Assembly (NCBI GenBank): GCA_025999335.1
Contig: AP024681.1
Span: 395,547 to 459,546 of the forward strand
Direction: 5' to 3'
Source of the DNA: Candidatus Parcubacteria bacterium
Lineage (GTDB): Bacteria > Patescibacteriota > Minisyncoccia > UBA6257 > HR35
DNA: 64,000 nt
The notes beneath the pieces are model-generated. The model searched no databases. It was not told the origin of the DNA and saw only the letters and a list, made by a program, of their open reading frames with translations. A program made the translations under genes and the position numbers. Below, one piece after another: positions 17,905-27,303 of this stretch; position 1 is the stretch's first letter, and each line of letters begins with the position of its first letter.

Positions 17905-19447
17905 TTTTAAGATTTTAACTGCCGACAATCTTCTTAGCGATAAGGAAGCAGCTATTAAAAAAGTTAACATTGATAAAAGGGATAATTTGATTATTGAAAA
18001 TAAGCCCGAAGTGACAAATATTAATTCTCTTAACAATAATACTGCCAATGTTTCACCGCCATCGCCATTATCTTCTTCAGAGCAGCAGCCCTCCAACGTT
18101 TCTTTCTTAAGTAAATTTTCTTCTCTTTTGAGTTCTAGCCGAACCGAAAAAAAACAAGAAATTGATCAACCAATAAACATTGTTTATGATCAAGAGTTAA
18201 CCAAAAAACAAGAAGTAGACATAGATAAAAAAGATAGTTCTTTGTTTTATCAGCCAACAGTAAAAGAAATTTTAAAAACAGCCGCTTCAGCTAAGTCTGA
18301 GAAAATAAGAGAAATTACCGCTTCTTCAGAAGAGCCGGCTGTTAAACAAAGTTTAGGTTATAGAGTTTTGATGTTTTTTATAATTATTCTTGCTTTAAGC
18401 AGTGTTAGTTTTTACTTTTTAAAAGATAATCCATTTGTAAGTAAGCTATGGAAAGGCGATAATAGTCAACCTATATTTCCGACTCTTAAATTTTCTTACT
18501 TTGATCCTTCAGCAAAAACAACAGAAACTACAACTACAATTACAACAACTGCAAATGAGCAAGACAACGGTCTCGCTTCTAATAAATTGTTTACCCTTGT
18601 TACTTTTACCTCTTCCGAACAAGTATCAACGAACAATATTCAAAATTTAACTACATCACCAATAACAACCGAAACATCAACTATGCCTTTAACAACTCCA
18701 ACAACTCCTAATACTTCTTCGGAACAATTGCCAGTAACTACTACTACTACCATAGTGGCAACTACTAATAATAATCAACCAACATCATCAGCGCCAAAAG
18801 AAGTAACAGAAATTAAAAACGAAACTAAACCAGCAGATAAAGCTACTGACATTGATTCTTTGCCAGCAGCGCAAAAATTAGATTTTACAGATAATTTCAA
18901 AGCTCTCCCAGTTAATTTAGACAATAATTCTTTAGATGCGTTTGCTAAAGCTTTAAAAGCTGAATCAGCTAAATTAAAGACAGTTGGTTCGATTTATTAC
19001 TTAGATTTTTCGATTAACGATGGTCAAATATCAATCAAACCGGTGCTTGATTATTTTTTTCAACCAAACAAAGCTATAATATCTTTATTTGGGAAATTTA
19101 AAAATAATCTTTCGGGTAATTTTGCTTTATTATTTTATTATAGCTATACCCGAGTTTATCCGATTTTAGTTTTAGAAGTAAAAGATAGCGCCATGGCAAA
19201 ATCTTTTATGGAATTATGGGAAAAGAAGGGAATGAGCAATGATTTGCAGACGATTTTTCTTGTTAATGCTAAATTAACACCGTTAACCAAAGATTTTACA
19301 AAGAAATTTTATCAAAATATTGAATATAAAACCCAGAATTTTGAAAAGAATTTTGTTTTATCATGGTCAGTAGTTAAGCAATATTTAGTTATCGCAGCTA
19401 CTGATAAAAAAATTGACTATTTATTATCAATTTTAAGTAATTATTAA
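17876..19447 (+). CDS. Hypothetical single-pass membrane protein with Thr-rich stalk
   Basis: Disordered N-terminus, TM helix near aa 163-183, long Thr/Ser/Pro tract, C-terminal globular domain. Confidence 0.7.
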   Translation: MSEEPQKKIDFKILTADNLLSDKEAAIKKVNIDKRDNLIIENKPEVTNINSLNNNTANVSPPSPLSSSEQQPSNVSFLSKFSSLLSSSRTEKKQEIDQPINIVYDQELTKKQEVDIDKKDSSLFYQPTVKEILKTAASAKSEKIREITASSEEPAVKQSLGYRVLMFFIIILALSSVSFYFLKDNPFVSKLWKGDNSQPIFPTLKFSYFDPSAKTTETTTTITTTANEQDNGLASNKLFTLVTFTSSEQVSTNNIQNLTTSPITTETSTMPLTTPTTPNTSSEQLPVTTTTTIVATTNNNQPTSSAPKEVTEIKNETKPADKATDIDSLPAAQKLDFTDNFKALPVNLDNNSLDAFAKALKAESAKLKTVGSIYYLDFSINDGQISIKPVLDYFFQPNKAIISLFGKFKNNLSGNFALLFYYSYTRVYPILVLEVKDSAMAKSFMELWEKKGMSNDLQTIFLVNAKLTPLTKDFTKKFYQNIEYKTQNFEKNFVLSWSVVKQYLVIAATDKKIDYLLSILSNY

Positions 19448-19776
19448 TGTTTAATTTAGAAGAAATTAAGTTAAAACTTAATAAAGAGCAACAGGAAATA
19501 AAAGAAACTCTTGAAGAAATTCAACTTGAATTTGAGGAAGTTGTTAGCGAAAGAACTGGCGCTACTGATGAATTAGCTGATCAATATGAGGTAAAATCAG
19601 AAACTTCCTTACAGAAAAAAATACTTTCTAACAGATTAAAGCAGATAAGCAGAGCTTTAAAAAAAATTGAGGAAGGCACTTACGGTAAATGCGATAATTG
19701 TCATTTGGATATAGAAGCGTCACGTTTGAATATAGATTATGCTGTTAATGTTTGTCGTAAATGTTCTCGCGGCTAA
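19447..19776 (+). CDS. DksA/TraR-family C4 zinc-finger protein
   Basis: Coiled coil with DELAD tip, ALKKIEEGTYGKCDNC...RL...CRKC. Confidence 0.88.
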   Translation: MFNLEEIKLKLNKEQQEIKETLEEIQLEFEEVVSERTGATDELADQYEVKSETSLQKKILSNRLKQISRALKKIEEGTYGKCDNCHLDIEASRLNIDYAVNVCRKCSRG

Positions 19777-20791
19777 AAACTTCTAAATTATTCCAATCAA
19801 CAAGCGAAGGATGGCTATTGTTTAATAAGGTTAAATAACCAGCTATAGCTATATTTAACCCGTTGTCTGTTGATAGTTCTTTTGGTGGAAATAAAATCTT
19901 ATATTGTTTGAAAAATTTTTTAACCTGTTTTCTTAAGTTGCCATTAGCTGAAACGCCACCGCCGATTAAGATAGACTTACAATTATAAGTTTCAGCCGCT
20001 TTTTTTATTTTAAAGATTAAAATTTCAGAAACTGTTTTTTGTAAAGAAGCACTTAAATCACATATTGTTTGTTCGTCAAGTTTTTTTAATTTTTTTATAT
20101 CAGCAACAAGATCAATAAAAGCTGTTTTTAAGCCCGAGAAACTAAAAGTATAACTTTTTTGTATCATTGGTTTAGGTAAGGCAAAGAAATTTTTTGCTTG
20201 CCTAGCTTTTTTCTCAATTATTGGACCGCCGGGATAACCTAATCCTAAAGCTCGAGCGCATTTATCAATAATTTCACCAGCAGCATCATCAACAGTTGCT
20301 CCTAAAAGTCTTTTTTCCGCCCAACTTTTAAAAAGATATAAATTAGTATGGCCTCCAGAAACCACTAAAACAATAGCTGGAAAGACAACTGTTTTAATTT
20401 CTTGCCAAACCCCGATTTTGTTATTAATTAGACAAGCATAAGTGTGCGCTTCTAAATGATTAACTTTGATGATTTTTTTGTTTAGTTTTTTTGCTAAACC
20501 AATTACAAATTCTTTACCAGAAACTAAAGCTGGTAGTAGTCCTGGACCAGCAGAAAATGCTAAATAATCTATCTTCTTAAGATCAAATTTTTTTTCAATG
20601 TTTTTTAAAAGTAAAGGTAAATTTTTATGATGCTCTCTTGCCGCTAAGATAGGAACAACGCCTCCGTATTTTTGATGGACAGAATATTGCAAAGCTAATT
20701 CATTATTAATAATTTTAATTTTATTATCTTTAGCTTCAATTAGAGCAATGCCGCTTTCATCGCAAGTTGTTTCAATTCCTAAGATATACAT
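19745..20791 (-). CDS. tsaD: tRNA N6-adenosine threonylcarbamoyltransferase
   Basis: ILGIETTCDE, GGVVP..AAREH, GPGL, VNHLEAH, VSGGHT, DDAAGE, FSFSGLKT, GGVSAN, TDN. Confidence 0.97.
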   Translation of the reverse strand: MYILGIETTCDESGIALIEAKDNKIKIINNELALQYSVHQKYGGVVPILAAREHHKNLPLLLKNIEKKFDLKKIDYLAFSAGPGLLPALVSGKEFVIGLAKKLNKKIIKVNHLEAHTYACLINNKIGVWQEIKTVVFPAIVLVVSGGHTNLYLFKSWAEKRLLGATVDDAAGEIIDKCARALGLGYPGGPIIEKKARQAKNFFALPKPMIQKSYTFSFSGLKTAFIDLVADIKKLKKLDEQTICDLSASLQKTVSEILIFKIKKAAETYNCKSILIGGGVSANGNLRKQVKKFFKQYKILFPPKELSTDNGLNIAIAGYLTLLNNSHPSLVDWNNLEVFSRENIYDKH

Positions 20792-20838
20792 TTATTTTTG
20801 TGAAAATTAATTTTTTGTGTTATAATTTTAACACAAAA

Positions 20839-21339
20839 TTGATAGATCCAAGACTTATTAAATTAAAACCAGATAAGATAAGACTCATTGATAACGATGG
20901 TAAGCAAGCAGGTGTTTTTGATTTTGAACAAGCTTGTCAGATTGCTGCCGATAAAAATTTAGATTTGATTTTATTAAATGCTCATCAAGATCCAGTAGTT
21001 GTTCGTTTAGGTAATTATTCTTATTTTAAATATCAACAGGAAAAGAAACAACGACAAGCTACCAAGAAAAGAAAAGAAACTAAAGAAATAAGAATTAGTT
21101 TTCAAGAAGCAAAATTTGATATGCAGCGCAAAGCCCAGCTGATTAAATCTTTTTTAGAGGAAGGGCATCAAATTCAAGTAAAGCTTATGTTAAAAGGTAG
21201 AGAAAATTTATTTTTAGATATGGCAGAAGCAAAATTAAATGATTTTTTAAGCTTAATTAAAGAATTTACGAATTATAAAATTGTTCAATCACCAAAAAAG
21301 GTTGGTAATTTTTATTATGTCGTTTTAAGTAAAGCATAA
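20839..21339 (+). CDS. infC: Translation initiation factor IF-3 (non-ATG start, TTG 20839 or ATA 20842)
   Basis: IRLIDNDGKQAGV, LDLILL, KETKEIRIS, FLEEGHQIQV..KGRE; extended -10 TGtTATAAT at 20818-20826. Confidence 0.9.
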   Translation: MIDPRLIKLKPDKIRLIDNDGKQAGVFDFEQACQIAADKNLDLILLNAHQDPVVVRLGNYSYFKYQQEKKQRQATKKRKETKEIRISFQEAKFDMQRKAQLIKSFLEEGHQIQVKLMLKGRENLFLDMAEAKLNDFLSLIKEFTNYKIVQSPKKVGNFYYVVLSKA

Positions 21340-21356
21340 ATTTAATGTTTTTTATT

Positions 21357-21521
21357 ATGCGTAAAGCCTTCACAAAGCGTTTTAAAATTACTAAAAAAGG
21401 AAAGATTTTAAGAAGAAGCGCTGGAATTAGTCATTTTTTAGCCAAAAAATCATCTAAACAAACACATCGCAAAAAAAGACTTAAACAGAGCGTTGATTTT
21501 TTATTAGACTATAAATTATAA
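21357..21521 (+). CDS. rpmI: 50S ribosomal protein L35 (not in ORF track, 54 aa)
   Basis: MRKAFTKRFKITKKGKILRRSAGISHFLAKKSSKQTHRKKR...; follows infC. Confidence 0.92.
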   Translation: MRKAFTKRFKITKKGKILRRSAGISHFLAKKSSKQTHRKKRLKQSVDFLLDYKL

Positions 21522-21524
21522 TCA

Positions 21525-22082
21525 ATGGATAGGTTACCACAATTAAAAATAGTTATTTCTGGCGCTGCGGTAACAACTCCTTGTCGTGAAGATATGCATG
21601 AGATTGCTTATGAAATAGGTAAAGAATTGGCAAAAAGAAATGTTTTATTATTGACTGGCGCCACCACCGGTGTTCCTTTGTGGGCGGCTAAAGGAGCTTA
21701 TGAAAATGGTGGTATTGTTATTGGTATTTCTCCGGCGCGTAGTTATTTAGAACATGTTAAGGTTTATAAACTTCCTATAGATTTTCATCATACTATTTTA
21801 TACAGTGGTGAGGGTTATAGCGGAAGAAATCTGTTGTTAATTAAAATGGGCGACGGAGCTTTATTTTTGTGTGGGAGAATAGGCACATTAAATGAATTTA
21901 CAAATGCTTTTGAAGAAGATAAGCCTATGGGTGTTTTATTAAATTCAGGTGGCACTGAGCCTTATTTTCAAGATATCGTCCGCGATGCTCATCGTGGTTC
22001 GGGTAAAATTGTTTGGGAAGAAAATTATCAAAACTTAATAGATCAATTAATCGCCTTAATTAATAAAGAAATGGAAGAATGA
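21525..22082 (+). CDS. LOG-family/TIGR00725-like Rossmann-fold nucleotide-binding protein
   Basis: IGKELAKR..LLTGA, KGAYENGGIVIGISP, GRN, GRIGTLNE. Confidence 0.85.
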   Translation: MDRLPQLKIVISGAAVTTPCREDMHEIAYEIGKELAKRNVLLLTGATTGVPLWAAKGAYENGGIVIGISPARSYLEHVKVYKLPIDFHHTILYSGEGYSGRNLLLIKMGDGALFLCGRIGTLNEFTNAFEEDKPMGVLLNSGGTEPYFQDIVRDAHRGSGKIVWEENYQNLIDQLIALINKEMEE

Positions 22083-22498
22083 ATGATCAGGTTATTGAAA
22101 TAATTTTTAGATTTTTTTTAGCAGCTGTTATTGGAGCTTTAATAGGTGCTGAAAGAAGTTTAGCTCACAAACAAGCTGGCTTAAGAACATTTGCTTTAGT
22201 TTCTTTAGGCGCAGCGATTTTTTCTTATTTAGGAGTTATGCTTGACCCAGGAGCGCCTTCGCGTGTTTTAGCAAATTTAGTTGTAGGCATAGGTTTTATT
22301 GGGGCAGGGATAATATTTCTTCATCAAGAAAAAATTATAGGTTTAACCACAGCGGCAGCTTTATGGGTAACAACGGCTGTCGGAGCTTTAATAGGCACGG
22401 GTTATTATTTTTTATCGTTTTTTACCTCTCTAGTAGTTATTGTTGTGCTTTGGGCTTTAGTTTATATTGAACATTTTATAAGATCTAAGAATGATTAA
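22079..22498 (+). CDS. MgtC/SapB family membrane protein
   Basis: GALIGAER, AGLRTFALV, GIGFIGAG, GLTTAAALW. Confidence 0.95.
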   Translation: MNDQVIEIIFRFFLAAVIGALIGAERSLAHKQAGLRTFALVSLGAAIFSYLGVMLDPGAPSRVLANLVVGIGFIGAGIIFLHQEKIIGLTTAAALWVTTAVGALIGTGYYFLSFFTSLVVIVVLWALVYIEHFIRSKND

Positions 22499-23594
22499 CT
22501 CTTTAAAAGCTTTTTTTGTTTTAATTAGCACGATAATTGGTTTAGGAGTCTTTATGTTGCCATATGTTTTTGTTAACAGCGGTTATGTTTTTTTTATTTG
22601 GATGTTTTTAATTGTTATTGTAATGTTTCTTATTCATCTTATGATTGGCGAAATTCTTTTGCAAACTTCAGCAAAACATAATTTACCGTCGTTAGCAGCT
22701 ATTTATTTATCACCGAAGCTTAAAAACATAGTCTGGTTTAATGATTATTTAGGTATGTTGGGCATCTTTTTTATTTATTTAATAGTTTTAGGTAAATTGT
22801 GGAGTAGTATTCTGCCGGTTGATGCTATATATATAAAATTAGTCTTTGTGTTGCTTAATATTATTTTTTTAGTGAAAAATTTTTTAATTTTTTCTCGTTT
22901 TGAATCAGTGCTATCTTTATTAATTATTGCCCTCTTTATTATTTTAGCCGCAGTGATGTTTAACCATTTTAATTTCAATAATTTGTATTATTCTTTTTTT
23001 AATATTCAAAATTTTTGGTTGCCTTACGGAATTATGATTTTTGCTTTTAGTGGCAATTCAGCTTTGCCTTTAGTTTATGATTTAGTTGGCAAAGATAAAA
23101 AGAAATTTTTTTATGTTAATCTTATAGCTTTATTAGTCGTTGCTTTTTTGTATTTACTTTATACTATTGCGGTCGTTGGTTTTTTGGGTATTAATGTTAG
23201 CGAAGAATCTTTAAACAGTTTACGTGACTACTTAGGAGATGTTTTTTTTGTTTTGGCTGTTTTGTTGGTTACTTTGAATATTACTTTTGTTGATATGGCT
23301 TTTTATTTAAAAAGAGGCTTAATATATGATTATTCTCTTTCGCCGACTAAAGCCAATATTTTTTTAAGTTTATGCATTTTAAGTCTTATTTTTATTGATT
23401 CTAGTCAAATTGTTTTTTTAGCGAATGTTGTTAGTTCTTTGTTTGTTGGTTTTAACTTTTTTATTATTTGTTTAATATATCTAAAGCTTAAACAAAAACT
23501 TTATTTTAATCTTTCTAAAATAATTATTTTTCTTTTAATGACAATTTTTCTATCAGGCATATGTTATTCTTTGTATTCCATCTTGATTAATTAA
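22491..23594 (+). CDS. Aromatic/amino-acid permease (HAAAP-like)
   Basis: STIIGLGVFMLPY, PYGIMIFAFSG; about 11 TM helices. Confidence 0.8.
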   Translation: MINSLKAFFVLISTIIGLGVFMLPYVFVNSGYVFFIWMFLIVIVMFLIHLMIGEILLQTSAKHNLPSLAAIYLSPKLKNIVWFNDYLGMLGIFFIYLIVLGKLWSSILPVDAIYIKLVFVLLNIIFLVKNFLIFSRFESVLSLLIIALFIILAAVMFNHFNFNNLYYSFFNIQNFWLPYGIMIFAFSGNSALPLVYDLVGKDKKKFFYVNLIALLVVAFLYLLYTIAVVGFLGINVSEESLNSLRDYLGDVFFVLAVLLVTLNITFVDMAFYLKRGLIYDYSLSPTKANIFLSLCILSLIFIDSSQIVFLANVVSSLFVGFNFFIICLIYLKLKQKLYFNLSKIIIFLLMTIFLSGICYSLYSILIN

Positions 23595-23601
23595 TATAAT
23601 T

Positions 23602-24825
23602 ATGAGTGATTATCATCAACAAGGATTTTCTTTAATAGAAATTTTACTTGTTATTATTATAATTTCCGTTTTATCAGGTATATTTTTTTTCTTCTTTAAT
23701 TATTCTGAAATTAATCGCATTAATAGAGATGTTCAGCGTTTAAACGATTTGTCAGTTTTAAGGTTTGTTATTGACAATCTAAACTTAGATGCTCTCGATG
23801 ATTTAGAAAATAATATTTATTTATCTTTACCGGACACAACTTCTTCTTGCGCGAATTATAATTTAAACACTATTTATTCGCCTTTTGCCTATAAATGTCA
23901 GCCGGCTGCTAATTTAAGGAATACGGATTCTTCAGGATGGTTGCCAATTAATATGCAGTCGCAATCTATTGTTGGCATAAATTCTTTGCCTCTTGATCCT
24001 TTGAATAATGAACAATACTTTTATGCTTTTCAGGTTAAAGATAAAAAATATAAATTATCAGCAAGATTAGAATCAAGTTCTAAGGGAGCCGAGATGGTTT
24101 ATGATGGTGGCAGTAATTTAACTTTATATGAAGTTGGTAGTGGTCTTAATTTTGCGTCAGTTCACGACGGTTTAGTTGGTGCTTGGCATTTTGACGAACA
24201 AAGCACATCTACTCTTTTAGATTCTTCTTTATATAATAATAGTGGTTTTAGTAAAAGCGGAAGTGTTAATTTTGATTTGCATACGACTTCAACATGTAAA
24301 ATTGGTTATTGTTTACGCTTCGATGGTGTTGATGACTATGCTTTAATTTCTAATTCTTCAGTGTTTAATTTTAGCAATAAAGGCTTTACACTTTTAGCTT
24401 GGATTAAGATTGAAAATTTAAATGCTTCCAGCGAACATTTTATTATTAGTCGTTATAATTGGAGTAATGGGTCTGGTTATGGTATGCAGGTCACTAATAC
24501 AGGTAAAATTAGATGTGATTTTAATGGTTCTTCTGGTTATTTTTTGTCAAACGAATCTTATGTACAGCCTAATAATTGGTATTTAATTGGTTGTGTTTAC
24601 GATGGACAATCTTTAAAAATATTTGTTAACGGTAAAGAGAAGGAAGCATCTTCTCGTTCTAATTTGATTAATGCTATTAATTCTAATATTTATATTGGCA
24701 CGCCTGCAGATGCCGTAGGTTCTGATAATTTTTCTTTTCAAGGAATGATTGACGAGGTTTATATTTATAACCGTCCCTTAAATGAACAAGAAATTAATTT
24801 AATTTATCAATTTAGACCTAATTAG
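23602..24825 (+). CDS. Type IV pilin-like protein with C-terminal LamG (concanavalin A-like) domain
   Basis: Prepilin motif QGFSLIEILLV; RDVQRLNDL; LPLDPLN; GLVGAWHFDE, FDGVDDY, FQGMIDEVYIYNRPL. Confidence 0.9.
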   Translation: MSDYHQQGFSLIEILLVIIIISVLSGIFFFFFNYSEINRINRDVQRLNDLSVLRFVIDNLNLDALDDLENNIYLSLPDTTSSCANYNLNTIYSPFAYKCQPAANLRNTDSSGWLPINMQSQSIVGINSLPLDPLNNEQYFYAFQVKDKKYKLSARLESSSKGAEMVYDGGSNLTLYEVGSGLNFASVHDGLVGAWHFDEQSTSTLLDSSLYNNSGFSKSGSVNFDLHTTSTCKIGYCLRFDGVDDYALISNSSVFNFSNKGFTLLAWIKIENLNASSEHFIISRYNWSNGSGYGMQVTNTGKIRCDFNGSSGYFLSNESYVQPNNWYLIGCVYDGQSLKIFVNGKEKEASSRSNLINAINSNIYIGTPADAVGSDNFSFQGMIDEVYIYNRPLNEQEINLIYQFRPN

Positions 24826-24836
24826 TTCTTTAACAA

Positions 24837-26618
24837 ATGATTGAAAAAATTAGAAACTTTGCGATTATCGCTCATATTGATCATGGCAAATCAACTTTGG
24901 CTGATAGATTTTTAGAGATTACTAAGACAGTGAGTATTGATAAATTACAGCCGCAATATTTAGATCAATTATCTTTAGAGCGTGAAAGGGGTATAACTAT
25001 TAAAATGCAACCAGTAACGATGAATTATAATGGCTATATTTTAAATTTAATCGATACCCCCGGTCATGTTGATTTTCATTACGAAGTTTCTCGCGCTTTA
25101 GCTGCGGTTGAAGGAGTTATTTTATTGATCGATGGCACTCAAGGCATTCAAGCTCAAACCATTGCTAATTTAGAATTGGCTAAAGAACAAAATTTAAAAA
25201 TTATTCCTGCGATTAACAAGATTGATTTGATTAAGTCAGATATCGATGATTTAATTTTAGATATTTATAATTTGACAGGTGAACAAAATGTTTTTTTAAT
25301 TTCAGGAAAAACAGGTTCTGGCGTTCAAGAACTATTGCAAGCTGTTATTGATAAAATACCTCCGCCATCTTCTTACTTTCAAGCTAATGACGATAATAAA
25401 ACTAAAGCGTTGATTTTTGATTCTCATTTTGATCCTTATAAAGGTATTATTGCTCATTTTAGATTATTCCGTGGTAGATTGAGTGTTGGCGATGAAGTAT
25501 ATTTAAACAGAGCGCGCTATAAATTTAAAATTGTTGAATTAGGAATTTTTAAACCCGAAATGGTTGGACAGAAATTTTTAGACGAGGGGATGATCGGCTA
25601 TATAGCTACCGGTATTAAAGACCCCGGTATTCTTAAAATAGGCGATAGTATTACTTTAGATTTAGACACTAAACCTTTGCCTGGCTATCAAGATCCTTTA
25701 CCAACTATTTTTGCTTCGATATTTCCTAACCAAGATATGAATTATTATCGTTTTGTTGAAAGTTTAAATAAATTACGACTTAATGATCCGGCAATTTTTA
25801 TTGAACCGATCACCAATAGCTTTTTAGGTAGAGGTTTTAATGTTGGTTGTCTGGGTCTTTTGCATTTAGAAATTTTTCAAGAAAGACTTCGACGAGAGTT
25901 TGAAACAGATATTATTATGACTTTACCATCAGTAAAGTATTTAGTAAATTTAACCGATAAAAGCAAAATTTTTATTCAAAATGCAAGTGAATTGCCGCCT
26001 TTAACAAAAATTGAGTCTATCGAAGAGCCAATAGCGGCTGTTGATATTTTTAGCTCACCTTATTATTTAGAAAAAATAGCTAGATTGATTAAAGATAGCC
26101 GTGGCGAAATTAAAGAAATTATTTATGAAAAAACTATTGTAAAAATAATCAGTTTTTTGCCTTTAGATGAAGTTATTGGAGGTTTTTATGATGAATTAAA
26201 ATCAGTATCAGCCGGTTATGCTTCCTTGCGTTGGCAATTAGCTGGTTACAAAAAAGAAGATTTAGTTAAATTAGATATTTTAATTGCTGAAGAAAAAGAG
26301 CCTTCTTTATCTCGTATTGTTCATCGTTCTCAAGCTGAAAAAATAGGTAGAAAAATTTTATTAAAGTTAAAAGAATTGTTACCTCGCCAAGAATTCCCAA
26401 TTAAATTACAAGCAGCTATTAACAAAAGAGTTATTGCTAGAGAGACAGTGCCCGCTATTTACAAAGATATCGCTGGTTGGCTTTACGGCGGTGATCGAAC
26501 AAGAAAAATGAAGCTTTGGCAAAAACAAAAAGCTGGCAAAAAGAAATTAGAAAAAATTTTTAAAGGTACGGTTAAAATTCCTAATGATGTTTTATTGAAA
26601 ATCTTAAAAATAAGATAA
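24837..26618 (+). CDS. lepA: Elongation factor 4 (LepA)
   Basis: IRNFAIIAHIDHGKSTLADR, ERERGITIK, DTPGHVDF, GLLHLEIFQERL, YGGDRTRKMKL. Confidence 0.98.
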   Translation: MIEKIRNFAIIAHIDHGKSTLADRFLEITKTVSIDKLQPQYLDQLSLERERGITIKMQPVTMNYNGYILNLIDTPGHVDFHYEVSRALAAVEGVILLIDGTQGIQAQTIANLELAKEQNLKIIPAINKIDLIKSDIDDLILDIYNLTGEQNVFLISGKTGSGVQELLQAVIDKIPPPSSYFQANDDNKTKALIFDSHFDPYKGIIAHFRLFRGRLSVGDEVYLNRARYKFKIVELGIFKPEMVGQKFLDEGMIGYIATGIKDPGILKIGDSITLDLDTKPLPGYQDPLPTIFASIFPNQDMNYYRFVESLNKLRLNDPAIFIEPITNSFLGRGFNVGCLGLLHLEIFQERLRREFETDIIMTLPSVKYLVNLTDKSKIFIQNASELPPLTKIESIEEPIAAVDIFSSPYYLEKIARLIKDSRGEIKEIIYEKTIVKIISFLPLDEVIGGFYDELKSVSAGYASLRWQLAGYKKEDLVKLDILIAEEKEPSLSRIVHRSQAEKIGRKILLKLKELLPRQEFPIKLQAAINKRVIARETVPAIYKDIAGWLYGGDRTRKMKLWQKQKAGKKKLEKIFKGTVKIPNDVLLKILKIR

Positions 26619-26619
26619 A

Positions 26620-27057
26620 ATGAAATTTTTACTTCAAAAAGCAAGTGCAATTAAAATTTATAAAAATGATGAAGCGTTGATTGACATCCCTGCAGGTTTA
26701 TGTTTTTTAATTTATGTAGGTATAGAAAAAGGCGATGAAACAAAAGATTTAACTTTGATTGTTGACAATTTATTAAACTTACAATTAATTGATGAGAATA
26801 ATAAATTTAAAAAATCAATTAAAGATATACGTCCGCATTTAATTTTTATTTCTAACATAACCTTAATAGCTGCTTTTAAAAACTTGCGTATTAATTTTAA
26901 TCAATCTTTAGATAAAAAACTAGCGCAAGATATTTTCGATAATTTAATTTCACTTGTAGAACAACATAATTTGCCTATTTCTAAAATTGATTTTGGCAGT
27001 CAATTGAAAATTCAAGCTTTAAATTTAGGTCCGGTTAATTTTTTTATCAGTTTTTAA
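26620..27057 (+). CDS. dtd: D-aminoacyl-tRNA deacylase-like protein, divergent
   Basis: MKxLLQK, YVGIEKGD, SNITL (for SQFTL), FG, NLGPVNF (for NDGPVT). Confidence 0.65.
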   Translation: MKFLLQKASAIKIYKNDEALIDIPAGLCFLIYVGIEKGDETKDLTLIVDNLLNLQLIDENNKFKKSIKDIRPHLIFISNITLIAAFKNLRINFNQSLDKKLAQDIFDNLISLVEQHNLPISKIDFGSQLKIQALNLGPVNFFISF

Positions 27058-27129
27058 GATCTTTACGCAATTTTTTAGTGTTTTCTATTTTTTGAAAATT
27101 ATTGTAAAATAATTTAGAATAGTTAATTT

Positions 27130-27303
27130 ATGAGGAATTTTTTATTAGGTTTTTTCTTTTCAGATTTACTGTTATCGTTGATTTTATATTTTAAGCCACA
27201 ATTTACTGGTCGCATTGATGATAAGTTAATATTTTTTTCAATAATTTCTGATATTTTCTTGATTTTAGTTTTATTGTTAAGCAGTTATGTCCGACTTAGA
27301 TAA
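27130..27303 (+). CDS. Small two-TM membrane protein (57 aa; not in ORF track)
   Basis: MRNFLLGFFFSDLLLSLILYFKPQFTGRIDDKLIFFSIISDIFLILVLLLSSYVRLR*; overlaps the thrS start. Confidence 0.5.
   Translation: MRNFLLGFFFSDLLLSLILYFKPQFTGRIDDKLIFFSIISDIFLILVLLLSSYVRLR

Noticed and set aside
20767-20838. N-terminal extension of IF-3 given in the ORF track
   Set aside because: Overlaps the tsaD start and the infC -10 element; IF-3 typically uses a non-ATG start further downstream
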